Positions 53,189 to 63,838 of a stretch of 64,000 nt of DNA are shown here, in pieces. The notes under the pieces are model-generated. The model did no database searches and was not told where the DNA came from. It saw only the letters and a list, made by a program, of their open reading frames with translations. Origin of the DNA: Gammaproteobacteria bacterium (GTDB lineage: Bacteria > Pseudomonadota > Gammaproteobacteria > UBA4575); NCBI GenBank assembly GCA_965222615.1, contig CBDCUI010000009.1, positions 736,001 to 800,000 on the forward strand, written 5' to 3'. Each line of letters starts with the position of its first letter. The stretch's first letter is position 1. Position numbers and translations under genes: made by a program.

Positions 53189-54604
53189 TTACTGTTTAGC
53201 AATTCTGGGATCTAGCGCATCTCGCACTACATCGGCAAATAAATTGGCAAATAAAACTAGGGTAAACATAAAAAACAGAGATGCTGCAAGTGACCACCAC
53301 ACCACAGGTTCACGCGCCATCTCCAAACGCGCACTGTTGATCATGTTGCCCCAACTATTCATCGTCGGATCTACACCGATATTTATATAAGACAACACCG
53401 CCTCAGCTAGCACCAAACCACTGAAATCCAAAACCAATGTGATCAATACGATATGCATCAAATTAGGCAGGATGTGTTGAAAAATTGTTTGCGTGGAACT
53501 AACCCCAAAGGCCGATGCCGCTTGTACGAAATCTACTTCACGTAATTTGAGCGTTTCTGCTCGCAATAAGCGGCACAAACCTGTCCAACTGGTTAGACCT
53601 AAAATCAAACATAAAAATAATAAACGCAGATCGGCACGTTGAGTCAAACTGGCAAAATCCTCTGCATGTTTACTCATATACACATTCAACATAAGCACGG
53701 CTGCAGCAATCAACAACACACCAGGAATAGAATTTAGTGTGGTGTATAAATATTGAATCACATCATCAATCCAACCACGGAAATAACCGGCCATAATCCC
53801 TAGAGTGATTGCAAACGGTAGCATTAATAAAGTGGTTAAAGTACCAATTACTACGCCAGTGCGAATACTTTTTAAGGCTTGATATAAAACATCTTCACCA
53901 ACCTTATCCGTACCAAGCACATGATATTTTGTTGCCCACTCAGCCCCGACAAATAACACCAACAATATAATCGCCAAGGTAATTGCTGCAGTCCGCCATG
54001 GAATTTCAGATTCGCCATTCATTATGTTTTTGATCACAGTGGCAACAGCATTTTTAGTTTTTGCCGATAAAATCACACATAACAAACCCATTAAAACAAT
54101 CCATGCAATCACAGCTTTAATCAGACCGATTAAAGCTAATTTGAAGATATCCGCAGTTTTTTCCTTTTGTGGATTGTCTAAATGAATACCGCCCCAAGCT
54201 AAACGTGGGTATACACGTTGCTTACTTCCATCCGGCAATTGCACAGTCTCTTTAGCAAATAAATAGGCTGCAAAAGGTGCTGAATAAGTTTTTTCAGTGC
54301 TATTTCGTAATTCTGAAACAAGCAAGTCAAATACACTTTGCACTTCACCACTGTATTGCAGTTCCCCAGAAGAATTATTTGAATTATCTAACCTGGGATG
54401 AAAATGAATAGAATCCAGTAGCGCTATACCGATGTACAACAAAAGAATCATCATCGATATCACGCCAGCTTTACTACGTACAACTTGTCTCCAGGGTTTT
54501 CTCAAATGTGGCTTGCGCATTGCATATAAAAAAAAGCTGACGATACAAAGCACTACTCCAAAAATGAGTATGTCCGTGATTAAAAAGACAGGTTTACCAA
54601 ACAT
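53189..54604 (-). CDS. Peptide ABC transporter permease
   Basis: LGTDKVG, HILPN, LAEAVLSY. Confidence 0.92.
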   Translation of the reverse strand: MFGKPVFLITDILIFGVVLCIVSFFLYAMRKPHLRKPWRQVVRSKAGVISMMILLLYIGIALLDSIHFHPRLDNSNNSSGELQYSGEVQSVFDLLVSELRNSTEKTYSAPFAAYLFAKETVQLPDGSKQRVYPRLAWGGIHLDNPQKEKTADIFKLALIGLIKAVIAWIVLMGLLCVILSAKTKNAVATVIKNIMNGESEIPWRTAAITLAIILLVLFVGAEWATKYHVLGTDKVGEDVLYQALKSIRTGVVIGTLTTLLMLPFAITLGIMAGYFRGWIDDVIQYLYTTLNSIPGVLLIAAAVLMLNVYMSKHAEDFASLTQRADLRLLFLCLILGLTSWTGLCRLLRAETLKLREVDFVQAASAFGVSSTQTIFQHILPNLMHIVLITLVLDFSGLVLAEAVLSYINIGVDPTMNSWGNMINSARLEMAREPVVWWSLAASLFFMFTLVLFANLFADVVRDALDPRIAKQ

Positions 54605-54641
54605 GATCTAATTTAATCTCACAACTAATTCAATCTAACAA

Positions 54642-55619
54642 CTAGTTTAATCTCACTCTGGGATCAACAATGGTGTATGAAATATCGGTCAACAATAAAC
54701 CGATGATATATAAAACGGCACCTAGGAATACCATCGAACGCACTATAGAAAAATCTTGTCGGTTGATGGCATCGATAGTGTAGCTTCCGAGTCCAGGTAT
54801 ACCAAAAAAGGACTCCGTGATTAAACTGCCCATAAATAACAACGGCAAAATCACCACTACGCCGGTAAGAATAGGTATTAACGCATTGCGTAAAACATGT
54901 TTAAACAACACCATTTGTTCAGATATGCCTTTGGCACGCGCAGTACGCACATAGTCTTTATTAATTTCTTCAAGAAAAATAGTTCGATACCAACGTGTAC
55001 TTGAACCAATACCGCCAATAATGCCGATTAATACTGGTAGCACTAAAAATTTGACCCCAAACACTCCAGATTCAAACCCAGAAATCGGCACTACCCGCAA
55101 TATTTTCCCCATAACGAACTGCCCACCAATAATATAAAACAGGCTAGAAATAGACATGAGTGCCACGCAAATCACTACCGCCCAATAATCGATATAGGTG
55201 CCACGGAAAAAGGCGATTAATAAAGCAAGCGAAATGGTAACCAGTAACCCCACAATTAATTGTGGTACTGCAATCGCTAAGCTGGGCCACATTCGTTGAC
55301 TAATATCAAAACTGATATCTCGACCACTATCGGAACGACCAAAATCAAATACAAACAAACGTATCGATTTCGTATAAAAAATTGTCTTAGTAAACTTTTC
55401 TACGCCTTTTGCTTCGCTATTACAAAAAAGCGGATAGTGATAACCACGCTCGGTTTTCCAGTCTTCGATCTGCTCTTCCGTTACATGTTTTTGCCCTAAA
55501 AACATACGCGCCATGTCATCAGGCGAGTTCACCACAAAAAAGAGCAAAAATGTAAGTATGTTTACACCGATAATTATAGGAATGGCATATAAAATACGGC
55601 GGATAATGTAGGCAATCAT
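54642..55619 (-). CDS. Peptide ABC transporter permease
   Basis: DYVRTARAKG, HVLRNAL, DPRVR. Confidence 0.94.
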   Translation of the reverse strand: MIAYIIRRILYAIPIIIGVNILTFLLFFVVNSPDDMARMFLGQKHVTEEQIEDWKTERGYHYPLFCNSEAKGVEKFTKTIFYTKSIRLFVFDFGRSDSGRDISFDISQRMWPSLAIAVPQLIVGLLVTISLALLIAFFRGTYIDYWAVVICVALMSISSLFYIIGGQFVMGKILRVVPISGFESGVFGVKFLVLPVLIGIIGGIGSSTRWYRTIFLEEINKDYVRTARAKGISEQMVLFKHVLRNALIPILTGVVVILPLLFMGSLITESFFGIPGLGSYTIDAINRQDFSIVRSMVFLGAVLYIIGLLLTDISYTIVDPRVRLN

Positions 55620-57769
55620 TTCAATGTGCTCCGCTCGCGTTTACGGAAAGCTACAATCGCTGGAATTAGCGAAACAAGCAAAAATAAAAACAAAATTATC
55701 AATGGCCAATAATTAGGTTGATTCCATTGTGCACGTTTCTGTTTACGAAGATCACCATCTACACGTTTATATTTTAAAAGATTATTCGCCATTAAGTTCG
55801 GTTTTACGTTTTTATACCAATCATGAAATAGTGAAAAAGCCTTTGGATGAAAGCCCCATAGCCACGGCGCATCATGTTGCAATATCTTTGTCATTTGTTT
55901 AATGATCTCTAAACGCTCAGGCCCGTTTTTAATATTTTTCATTTGCTCGAACAAACGATCGAATTCTGGATTCGTATAATTCGCCGCATTTTCACCATGG
56001 TGCTCTACTTTTGCATTAGGCCCATACAAGAGAAAAAAGAAATTTTCAGGATCAGGATAGTCTGCATTCCAGCCCCATTGGAAAATTTGACTGGTGCCGT
56101 TGCGCATTTTTTCTTGAAAGCGGTTGTAATCCGTCGCGCGTATGACCAATTGAATGCCCAGCTTTTGATATTGTTTGCGCATCCAATTCAGTTGCGCTTT
56201 GGCATCAGGTCCTGCCGCAGGGGTGTCGAAATTTAATACCAGAGGTCGATTTGTTTTGGGATCAATACCCTCCTCATAGCCTGCCTCAGTCATTAATCTT
56301 TTGGCAATTGCAATGTCTTTTCTTTTGGGTTCACCATGTTTCCAATCGTATATATAGGAATTGACACCCGCCTCACCCTCAACATGGCCAAAAATTCCTG
56401 GTGGAATCGGGCCTTGTGATGCCACTCCACGGCCATTGGCAAAAATTGAAATGTATTCCTCATAATCTACAGCAATAGAAATCGCACGACGTAATAAACG
56501 TGCACGCTCAGAGTCTCCACCTACAACAGGATCTAACATATTGAAACCCATATAGAAAATTGATGTAGTTACAGCAGTTTCTAGCTGGATCCCTTTGTTT
56601 TGCATCAGCTCCGTTAACTGCACATCCCCTGCAGAACTAAACTGGATCGCCTGATCAAAACTATCGGATGACACACCAGAGGCATCATAATAGCCTTGTA
56701 AAAATTTATTCCAGTATGGAATATTTTCTTTCTCCAAACTGTAAACGGCCTTTTGCACTAAAGGCAGTGGTTTCCCAGCATCCACCAATAAACCATTTTC
56801 TTCGTCTTCTGGTTCACCTTTAGTTGGATAACGTTCACCGTGAAAGTTTGGGTTTTTCTCCATCACCATGCGTAAGTTTGGATTGTTTTCCGTTAACATA
56901 AATGGGCCCGTACCTACTGGATACCAATTCAACGAGATATTGCGTTCTTCCATACCAGGTTGACTGTAAAATTTTTCTGCTTCCCATGGCATCGGTGAAA
57001 AAAAAGGCATCGCCAACCAAAAAACAAGCTGTGGATATTTACCTTTGATTCGAATTCGATAGGTATAACGATCAATAATCGTCACCCCTTCAAAATTAAT
57101 ATCGCGTAGATCATGCCATCCTTCATTTGGATTCGGATAAACTTTACCTATCTGTTTACGAAACTCATCAAACCCAACAATGTATTCACGCATGACACCC
57201 GCAATAGGAGAATGCAAAAAAGGGCTCGCAATGCGCTTTATTTGATATACATAATCCGCAGCAGTAAGTTCACGTGAACCTGTTGCATCAAAGTCACTCA
57301 AGGTATGCACATTTTCAAGATCATCTTCTGTTAAATTCAAATACAATGGATCACCTTGTTCGCCGATCGCAAATGCTGGATGTGGTTGATAACGAGTGTC
57401 TGGTCGAATGGAAATGGTATATTCAGAAAATGCAATCTCAGAAGTTTGCTCTTCAGAAACTTCGTCCTCACTTGCGTTTAAATAACGTACTTGTGGTAAT
57501 TTTTCTGCAGTAAGTGGAATTAGTGTGTAAGGACGCAATAAATAATGATATTGCAGCGGTGGTTCATAAATCTGTGCAATAAACTGGTATTCATTTGCAC
57601 TATACGAGCTTACTGGATCCAAACGTTTCGGCCGTTCAGCAAAAGAAGAATAAACAACATCAGAGGTATCAGCTTCACTTGGATAAGGATTATTCCAGAC
57701 ACTATCAGCACATGCACTGAGCATGAAAATTGTACTGATGAAAAAGTAAATTGCGGAACGGCTGTTCAC
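55616..57769 (-). CDS. Peptide ABC transporter substrate-binding lipoprotein (family 5)
   Basis: Lipobox LSAC after probable GTG at 57769; PVGTGPF, GWNADYPDPENF; C-terminal TM. Confidence 0.9.
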   Translation of the reverse strand: MNSRSAIYFFISTIFMLSACADSVWNNPYPSEADTSDVVYSSFAERPKRLDPVSSYSANEYQFIAQIYEPPLQYHYLLRPYTLIPLTAEKLPQVRYLNASEDEVSEEQTSEIAFSEYTISIRPDTRYQPHPAFAIGEQGDPLYLNLTEDDLENVHTLSDFDATGSRELTAADYVYQIKRIASPFLHSPIAGVMREYIVGFDEFRKQIGKVYPNPNEGWHDLRDINFEGVTIIDRYTYRIRIKGKYPQLVFWLAMPFFSPMPWEAEKFYSQPGMEERNISLNWYPVGTGPFMLTENNPNLRMVMEKNPNFHGERYPTKGEPEDEENGLLVDAGKPLPLVQKAVYSLEKENIPYWNKFLQGYYDASGVSSDSFDQAIQFSSAGDVQLTELMQNKGIQLETAVTTSIFYMGFNMLDPVVGGDSERARLLRRAISIAVDYEEYISIFANGRGVASQGPIPPGIFGHVEGEAGVNSYIYDWKHGEPKRKDIAIAKRLMTEAGYEEGIDPKTNRPLVLNFDTPAAGPDAKAQLNWMRKQYQKLGIQLVIRATDYNRFQEKMRNGTSQIFQWGWNADYPDPENFFFLLYGPNAKVEHHGENAANYTNPEFDRLFEQMKNIKNGPERLEIIKQMTKILQHDAPWLWGFHPKAFSLFHDWYKNVKPNLMANNLLKYKRVDGDLRKQKRAQWNQPNYWPLIILFLFLLVSLIPAIVAFRKRERSTLK

Positions 57770-57909
57770 GTGATGATATGATAGTCTAACAATGATGAAA
57801 TTTCTTCCTTGAAGCACAATTATAGACTGTTTACCCAAGAAAATAATTCCGTATACATTATGTATAACAATTAACCTTAAAATGAAACCAAAGAAGTGAG
57901 AAAAGGCCA

Positions 57910-58695
57910 ATGGGATTTTTAGCTGGAAAACGTGCCTTAATTGTAGGCATTGCAAGCAACCGCTCCATTGCCTGGGGCATTGCCGAAGCCATGAAGCGCG
58001 AGGGTGCTGAACTCGCCTTCACTTATCAAAATGATAAGCTCAAGACACGCGTGGAAAAATTTGCGTCTGAATGTGGAGCTGAAATTACCCTACCCTGCGA
58101 TTTAGGTGTTGATGCGGATATCACCAATTTGTTTGCTGAGCTTGGGAAATCCTGGGACAACCTCGATATCCTGGTACACTCTGCCGCTTTTGCCCCCAAA
58201 GAAGAATTAGCCGGTGATTTCGTCGACATGACCAGTCGTGAAGGCTCTAAAATCGCTCATGATATCAGTAGCTATAGCCTCACCGCATTGGCCAAGGCAG
58301 CTAGACCCATGATGAAGGGACGCAATGCAGCTATTGTTTCACTTACCTATATGGGCTCGGTTCGTGCGATGCCGAATTACAACGTCATGGGCCTTGCCAA
58401 AGCCAGCCTGGAAGCCAATATTCGCTATATGGCCTATGCATTAGGCCCTGATGGAATTCGTGTAAATGGGGTCTCCGCAGGCCCTATCCGCACGCTAGCG
58501 GCCGCAGGTATTGGGGATTTCAGAAAAATGCTTGATCACGTCGAACAAAACGCTCCACTACGTAAAAACGTGACCATCGAAGAGGTAGGTAACACCGCTG
58601 CATTTTTATGCTCCGATTTAGCCAGTGGTATCACTGGTGAAATAACCTATGTCGACGCAGGATTCAATATTGTGGGAATGTCTGGTTACAATTGA
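57910..58695 (+). CDS. fabI: Enoyl-ACP reductase
   Basis: [32 protein letters not shown]. Confidence 0.98.
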   Translation: MGFLAGKRALIVGIASNRSIAWGIAEAMKREGAELAFTYQNDKLKTRVEKFASECGAEITLPCDLGVDADITNLFAELGKSWDNLDILVHSAAFAPKEELAGDFVDMTSREGSKIAHDISSYSLTALAKAARPMMKGRNAAIVSLTYMGSVRAMPNYNVMGLAKASLEANIRYMAYALGPDGIRVNGVSAGPIRTLAAAGIGDFRKMLDHVEQNAPLRKNVTIEEVGNTAAFLCSDLASGITGEITYVDAGFNIVGMSGYN

Positions 58696-58757
58696 TTTTG
58701 GTCGTTTAGATATAGCTAACCTTAATTACTTATTCTCATTTCAACCATGAATATCCC

Positions 58758-59717
58758 CTATAAATTTGCAATGCTAGATTTATATGCACTATTTACTGTT
58801 GAAATAGCAAATAAGTCAGTCTGCATATTACTTTCTATTGCATCGATATCTACAGGATTACCTGAAACCTCATAAAGCTCATAACCCATATTTTGAAGAT
58901 ACTCCAATATTTCACGCGAGTTTATATCCCTCTGCTTGTAAAAGTCAGGACTATATTCAAACAAAATAAGCTCAATACTATTGTTCTTAAGGAGCGATTC
59001 AGCACCTTGAAGCACTTCTAGTTCGAATCCCTCTACATCAATTTTAAGTATGGAAATATTCTCAATATTGTTTTCCATACAAAATTGGTCAATTGTGACA
59101 GTAGGCACCTCAACAGTGCCAACTGTTTTATCTGGTCTTATATTCGCAAGCGAATGTAAACCAATATATGGCTTTAAGTATAATGTCGCACGTCCTATCT
59201 TGTTTGATACAGCACAATTCACTATCTCTACGTTATCTAAGTTGCGTATTTTTTTTATTTGATTGATCTTAGCAACATTATCTTCATTTGGTTCAAACGA
59301 GTAGACAAATTTTGCACGCTCTGCGAACCAAGCTGTTGTTAGCCCAGAATTCACGCCCACATCAAATACAATATTTGGCTCAAACTTTAGTTTATCTAGC
59401 GCACGTATCCAACTATCAGAGTCAGTAGCAACATTACCAGGTAAAAACAATTCTTCTTTTAATGTGAGAAAAAGACGTGTTATGTCAGATTTCCATTCCA
59501 ATACGTTTAATTCAGGGTGGTATACATATAAATCTAATGGTGTATCTAGAGTCAATTCATTCATAGAAGATAATACAGATTTTCTAAATCTTGTATTATC
59601 TGATAAAAGTTTTTTGATCGTCCGCTTATCGATAAATCGGACTGCAATTGGCTGTATAAGAGATCTTATGGAACGACCAAAGAAACTTCTAATGTTTTGA
59701 ACTTTTGACAAAGACAT
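58758..59717 (-). CDS. FkbM family methyltransferase
   Basis: FDVGVNSG, SFEPN, ILKIDVEGFELEVLQG. Confidence 0.9.
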   Translation of the reverse strand: MSLSKVQNIRSFFGRSIRSLIQPIAVRFIDKRTIKKLLSDNTRFRKSVLSSMNELTLDTPLDLYVYHPELNVLEWKSDITRLFLTLKEELFLPGNVATDSDSWIRALDKLKFEPNIVFDVGVNSGLTTAWFAERAKFVYSFEPNEDNVAKINQIKKIRNLDNVEIVNCAVSNKIGRATLYLKPYIGLHSLANIRPDKTVGTVEVPTVTIDQFCMENNIENISILKIDVEGFELEVLQGAESLLKNNSIELILFEYSPDFYKQRDINSREILEYLQNMGYELYEVSGNPVDIDAIESNMQTDLFAISTVNSAYKSSIANL

Positions 59718-59900
59718 TCGATCACCTCAATTGATATCATGGCATTACATATTATTAGTTCAGATTTTTTTATTTAAGCTTGCTAGTTGTTTCACGCAGA
59801 TAACTATTCTTTTTTTAATTTAAATACGCATAGATTAAATTAAGTATTGCGCCAAAAATTAAACCAAAGCAAGAATAACTACTATAGCAACTAAACTTAT

Positions 59901-60098
59901 TGATGGGTTTCGCGAATCGGGCATATTACCTACCTCATTCGGTCCTTAACAACTGCCAATATTGGCAATTTCAGGAAAATGCTTCATTGCGTAGAAACCT
60001 TACCATCAAAGAAGTAAGGAATTAATTAGCCTTTTAATGTCTTAATTAACTGGTGAAATTACCTATGCCGATGCAGGATTCAATATCGTCGGGATGTA
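59901..60098 (+). pseudogene. Decayed duplicate of the fabI 3' end
   Basis: ACTGGTGAAATTACCTATGCCGATGCAGGATTCAATATCGTCGGGATG vs fabI ACTGGTGAAATAACCTATGTCGACGCAGGATTCAATATTGTGGGAATG, plus upstream matching blocks. Confidence 0.85.
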
Positions 60099-60297
60099 GT
60101 TAAAGTTATGTTTGTGTACTTTGTACAACTTAGATTAATTCAAGTCCAATTACTTAAAGTCTGATTTTAATATAATTTGATAACGCGCTTTATTTGCTTC
60201 TAAAATGTTCAAATGCATCATTTACATCACTCATTACAAATTCTTCCGTAATAGGCAACGTCGAATGACGTGCACAAAACTTTAAGATTTTTTATAT

Positions 60298-60498
60298 CTA
60301 ATCTTTAGGAGATCCTTCATCACATTTTTTACATTCCAGTTGATACCCAAGCATTTCTTCTCGCCCCTTCTCGGTTGTTACCCATGGACGACTAACCATA
60401 GGAGGGTCATGTCGAACATGTTGATAATGGCCGCAGACAAGTTCTGCAACCCAATGACCTTCATCATCTTTATGATACCCAACAATACTCTGCTTCAT
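60298..60498 (-). CDS. DUF3565-like small protein
   Basis: HWVAEL.CGH.QHVRH.PP...RPWV, CKKC. Confidence 0.8.
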   Translation of the reverse strand: MKQSIVGYHKDDEGHWVAELVCGHYQHVRHDPPMVSRPWVTTEKGREEMLGYQLECKKCDEGSPKD

Positions 60499-60519
60499 GC
60501 ATTTAGTAATGCTAGGCAA

Positions 60520-60885
60520 TCAACGTTCGAGCCAATTTTCGGCTTCTGTTTCTTCATCGAGATCAAATGCTTTAATCTCCAGACCCGGAATTAAGGCACC
60601 TTCGATCTCACTTGCTTTCTTAAGCCATTTCTCATTAACTAATACTGCTGCTCGATCGAATTTTCTGATAAACCTAAACGCCTCAGGAAGGCGTGAAAGC
60701 TCTACACCAATTGCACCAAGAGTTGGAAGATCAAAATCCTTAACGCGATATAGCATTCGTCCATGCTTAATATCCGTTCCACTACTAAATAGCTCATCAA
60801 GCGCAGCTTTCATCTCATTACTATCAAGCTTTCCACCAAAATCGATATCTATTCTGTTAGCACCATTTTTTACTACTTTAAACAC
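60520..60885 (-). CDS. SpoIIAA-like (STAS/SEC14) protein
   Basis: AGGAG + GTG start; FDRAAVL...W...LIPGLEIKAF...AENWL. Confidence 0.8.
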   Translation of the reverse strand: MFKVVKNGANRIDIDFGGKLDSNEMKAALDELFSSGTDIKHGRMLYRVKDFDLPTLGAIGVELSRLPEAFRFIRKFDRAAVLVNEKWLKKASEIEGALIPGLEIKAFDLDEETEAENWLER

Positions 60886-61123
60886 GGGGATACTCCTTAA
60901 ACAATGCACAATACTATGTCAAATGAAAATACAACTTTTACACATAAGCTGTCGTTGATATAAATCAACGCTCATTGATAAAAACAACAGACTAGTTATT
61001 GCTCAGCATACAGCAAGAAAGATCCAATTCATTTCAGCAGGGAATCAGTTTTACACTAAACCAACAGCTAAAGCTGATTCACTTTTTAGAGAATTAATTA
61101 AGCCTAATCTAGTATTTACCTTA

Positions 61124-61561
61124 TCAGTACGGTAAATAACCATACCTTAGTGCTTCGATATCACGCAAAACTCCATTTTCAAATCGTAGGCGCCGCATTA
61201 GTCGACGTGGACCAAAATTATATACCCACTCTTCTACAACTATTTCTATTTGTTTACCACGCTCGATTCTGACTGAGCCATCTTCAATTAGGTGCGTATC
61301 ATCCTTATATTTTATTAATCGAACATGCCCTGGAAATGAAATACGTTTTTCTCGATAGATTGTATACGTATCAATTGCCAATGGGTCACCACACTTGTAT
61401 CGAACTTCTTCAATATAATCACCTTCGGAAACAAGCCTATGACCACAGCGAAGCGCAAAGGCAGATTCAGTAATACCCAATAATAAAAACAAAGCGATTA
61501 ATATACGAGTCATCATGAATACCTCACCATGTGAGACAATACCATACGACATAAGGTTCAA
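61124..61561 (-). CDS. DUF2845-like secreted protein
   Basis: ALRCGHRLVSEGD...KCGDP...EEWVYNFGP; true start probably the downstream MMTR. Confidence 0.8.
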   Translation of the reverse strand: MNLMSYGIVSHGEVFMMTRILIALFLLLGITESAFALRCGHRLVSEGDYIEEVRYKCGDPLAIDTYTIYREKRISFPGHVRLIKYKDDTHLIEDGSVRIERGKQIEIVVEEWVYNFGPRRLMRRLRFENGVLRDIEALRYGYLPY

Positions 61562-61626
61562 TGCGCAAAAAATGTGGCAATTGTGAAAATTCGAAAAACT
61601 ACAGCATTATCTATGTTTTGATTTAG

Positions 61627-62067
61627 CTATTGGGTTGCTTGATAAGCGCATGACTCAACTTTAGCACTCACTCTATCGGTAAATTGTAAAAAATCTGGTT
61701 GCTTAATCGTAGTAAAAAGATGTGTGTGACACTTGCAATCGCTACAACCAAATCCTTTTATTGAAAAGGTATTAGCCATGTTTGAAAACAGCTGTGCCCA
61801 TTCATGTTCTAAATGTATCGAACCATAGTTGCACCATGCGTAAACTGGATTGGTGAACTCACGCAAATAATCGATATGCCAGTGCTTTGCTTTTGCCTGA
61901 CGAAAATGTCGTAACACTCGAGCTCGTACACCTCCTGGACCAAATGCACTACCTACATAAATATAGTAACTAGGTTCAATTACAAGCTTGCCCCATTGAC
62001 CAATTTGCACGGTTGCTTTCGAATTACTTTGCAGAATTAATGCATACGTTCCAGATTTTGGTTTCAT
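61627..62067 (-). CDS. GIY-YIG (DUF123/Uri-like) nuclease family protein
   Basis: GTYAL, YIYVGSA.GPGG..AR..RH, HWHIDYL, GFGCSDC.C..HL. Confidence 0.88.
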   Translation of the reverse strand: MKPKSGTYALILQSNSKATVQIGQWGKLVIEPSYYIYVGSAFGPGGVRARVLRHFRQAKAKHWHIDYLREFTNPVYAWCNYGSIHLEHEWAQLFSNMANTFSIKGFGCSDCKCHTHLFTTIKQPDFLQFTDRVSAKVESCAYQATQ

Positions 62068-62124
62068 AAACTTAATCTACTGTTTAATATGAAACTAATT
62101 AAAATTCAGCTCCAGTTGTCAAAG

Positions 62125-62373
62125 TTAAGAAGCTTGTTTGCAGCCTTCAGGTTTATATACTCGTTCAGTAGATGCAGGAAACTCTTTAAGTTTATATGCT
62201 GGACGACGTGGCCTAGGCACTAATTCGCCACCACAATTTGGACATTTGCCATTAAGTATAGAATCTACACATGACACGCAAAACGTACACTCGAAAGAAC
62301 AAATTCTTGCCTCTGTAGACTCAGGCGGTAGATCTTTATTACAACATTCGCAGTTTGGTTTTAGTAAAAGCAT
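62125..62373 (-). CDS. DUF1272 family protein
   Basis: KPNCECC..DL, ICSFECTFC, CPNCGGEL..RP.R. Confidence 0.88.
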   Translation of the reverse strand: MLLLKPNCECCNKDLPPESTEARICSFECTFCVSCVDSILNGKCPNCGGELVPRPRRPAYKLKEFPASTERVYKPEGCKQAS

Positions 62374-62522
62374 TTTTTACTCCTTGCAAAATTGAAGTTT
62401 AGGCGAAAATCTCATTTCGACCAAATACTACGCTATGTCAAACAAAATACTCCACTAAGTAAAACGTGATAATACACATAATATAAGACTCATTTATTCT
62501 TTTTATAAAATCGAACTTTTTG

Positions 62523-63233
62523 TTATTTAATAATCTTCCTCAAGAAGCTCATAATTACTTGAGAAGTTTGCTTAGGTTTCGTTTGCAAAAGCATATGCGG
62601 AGCGTCAAATTTTTCGACGGTTACTTTTTTACCATATTTTTGAACTAGCTTCATTGAACTTGCGTGAACCAACCGGTCTTTTCTTGCACGCAAATACAAA
62701 ACAGGTAACTTACATTTTTCTAATATACCGGTAACATCCACATCTGCTATTTCTCTTAGCCGATAAAAATAAACTTCGCGTGTCAATTCACGAGTTGCTG
62801 CTTGTATATTGCGAATTAACTTATCATCCGTCACACCATTCATTAACATCGTTTTGATATGCCAAGCAGGTGTTACTTTTTGAATATGTTTAGGCTTTAA
62901 AAAAGGTCGAATTAATTTGGAAAATAAAACCTGAGGATTTCGAACAAAGCTAACGCAAAGAATTATCCCTTTTAGATTTTCATCAGCATGTCGTGAAAGC
63001 ATCAATGCCAAAGGACCACCAAAAGATTCTCCAAGAATTACATACGGAGTATTTGGCAACTCATCTTTGAGATAGTGACACAGTTCATAATAAGTCATCA
63101 CCTTATCGTTAGGGTAAGAAAGAATTAATGTATTTACGCTACCGGATAATTGTTTACGTAGTGGAGAAAACAATCTACCAGTTCCATCAAACCCTGGTAA
63201 CAAAACTAATATAGGAGTTATACATTTACCCAC
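62523..63233 (-). CDS. Alpha/beta hydrolase
   Basis: LPGFDGTG, GESFGG nucleophile elbow, D and APH. Confidence 0.88.
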   Translation of the reverse strand: MGKCITPILVLLPGFDGTGRLFSPLRKQLSGSVNTLILSYPNDKVMTYYELCHYLKDELPNTPYVILGESFGGPLALMLSRHADENLKGIILCVSFVRNPQVLFSKLIRPFLKPKHIQKVTPAWHIKTMLMNGVTDDKLIRNIQAATRELTREVYFYRLREIADVDVTGILEKCKLPVLYLRARKDRLVHASSMKLVQKYGKKVTVEKFDAPHMLLQTKPKQTSQVIMSFLRKIIK

Positions 63234-63247
63234 TTTAGATCGTTGTA

Positions 63248-63838
63248 TTAAGATATGGGATTATTGAGAAAGTGTGTTGTTAGTTCAGTCTCTAAGTTTT
63301 GCAGCCCTCGAATGGCATCATTGTACTTTCGTGGCTTACCTTCATACATTTCAACTTTTTCACGTAAGTATAAGTGTATATCATTCCGATATTTTCTTAA
63401 CGAATGCATTTGATCTTTAAGATTATCAGAAATAATTCCATTGCAATGCAAAGCATTTATGGTCTTCTTAAAGGTTATATTCCCATTTGATAATTGATAC
63501 TGACACACGTACTCGTACATTAGTGTTTCAATAACAGCAATTACTGGAAGGCTGCAATGCCACTCCCACATAGTTCCTGCAGTCAACCCTATTTCCCATA
63601 AATTTAAGTGCCATCTATTAACGTCACAGAGTTGGATTGTACAAGCTACAGTTCTTTTTCTATCATCTGATAAATATGGCCATCTGTGGTAATGACTATC
63701 TAGAGACCGAATAATTCTTCGAGGAAATTTTACTTTTAGACATTCTTTTTCATTTTCAATATGCTGAGATAACAAATCTGCTATTTGCTGAGATATTTCT
63801 TCAAATTTAATAATTGCTTCTCTAAGATTTTCTTCCAT
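63248..63838 (-). CDS. Hypothetical helical protein with C-terminal RKYRNDIH (HEPN-like) motif
   Basis: 196-aa ORF; motif read directly, family assignment tentative. Confidence 0.6.
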   Translation of the reverse strand: MEENLREAIIKFEEISQQIADLLSQHIENEKECLKVKFPRRIIRSLDSHYHRWPYLSDDRKRTVACTIQLCDVNRWHLNLWEIGLTAGTMWEWHCSLPVIAVIETLMYEYVCQYQLSNGNITFKKTINALHCNGIISDNLKDQMHSLRKYRNDIHLYLREKVEMYEGKPRKYNDAIRGLQNLETELTTHFLNNPIS

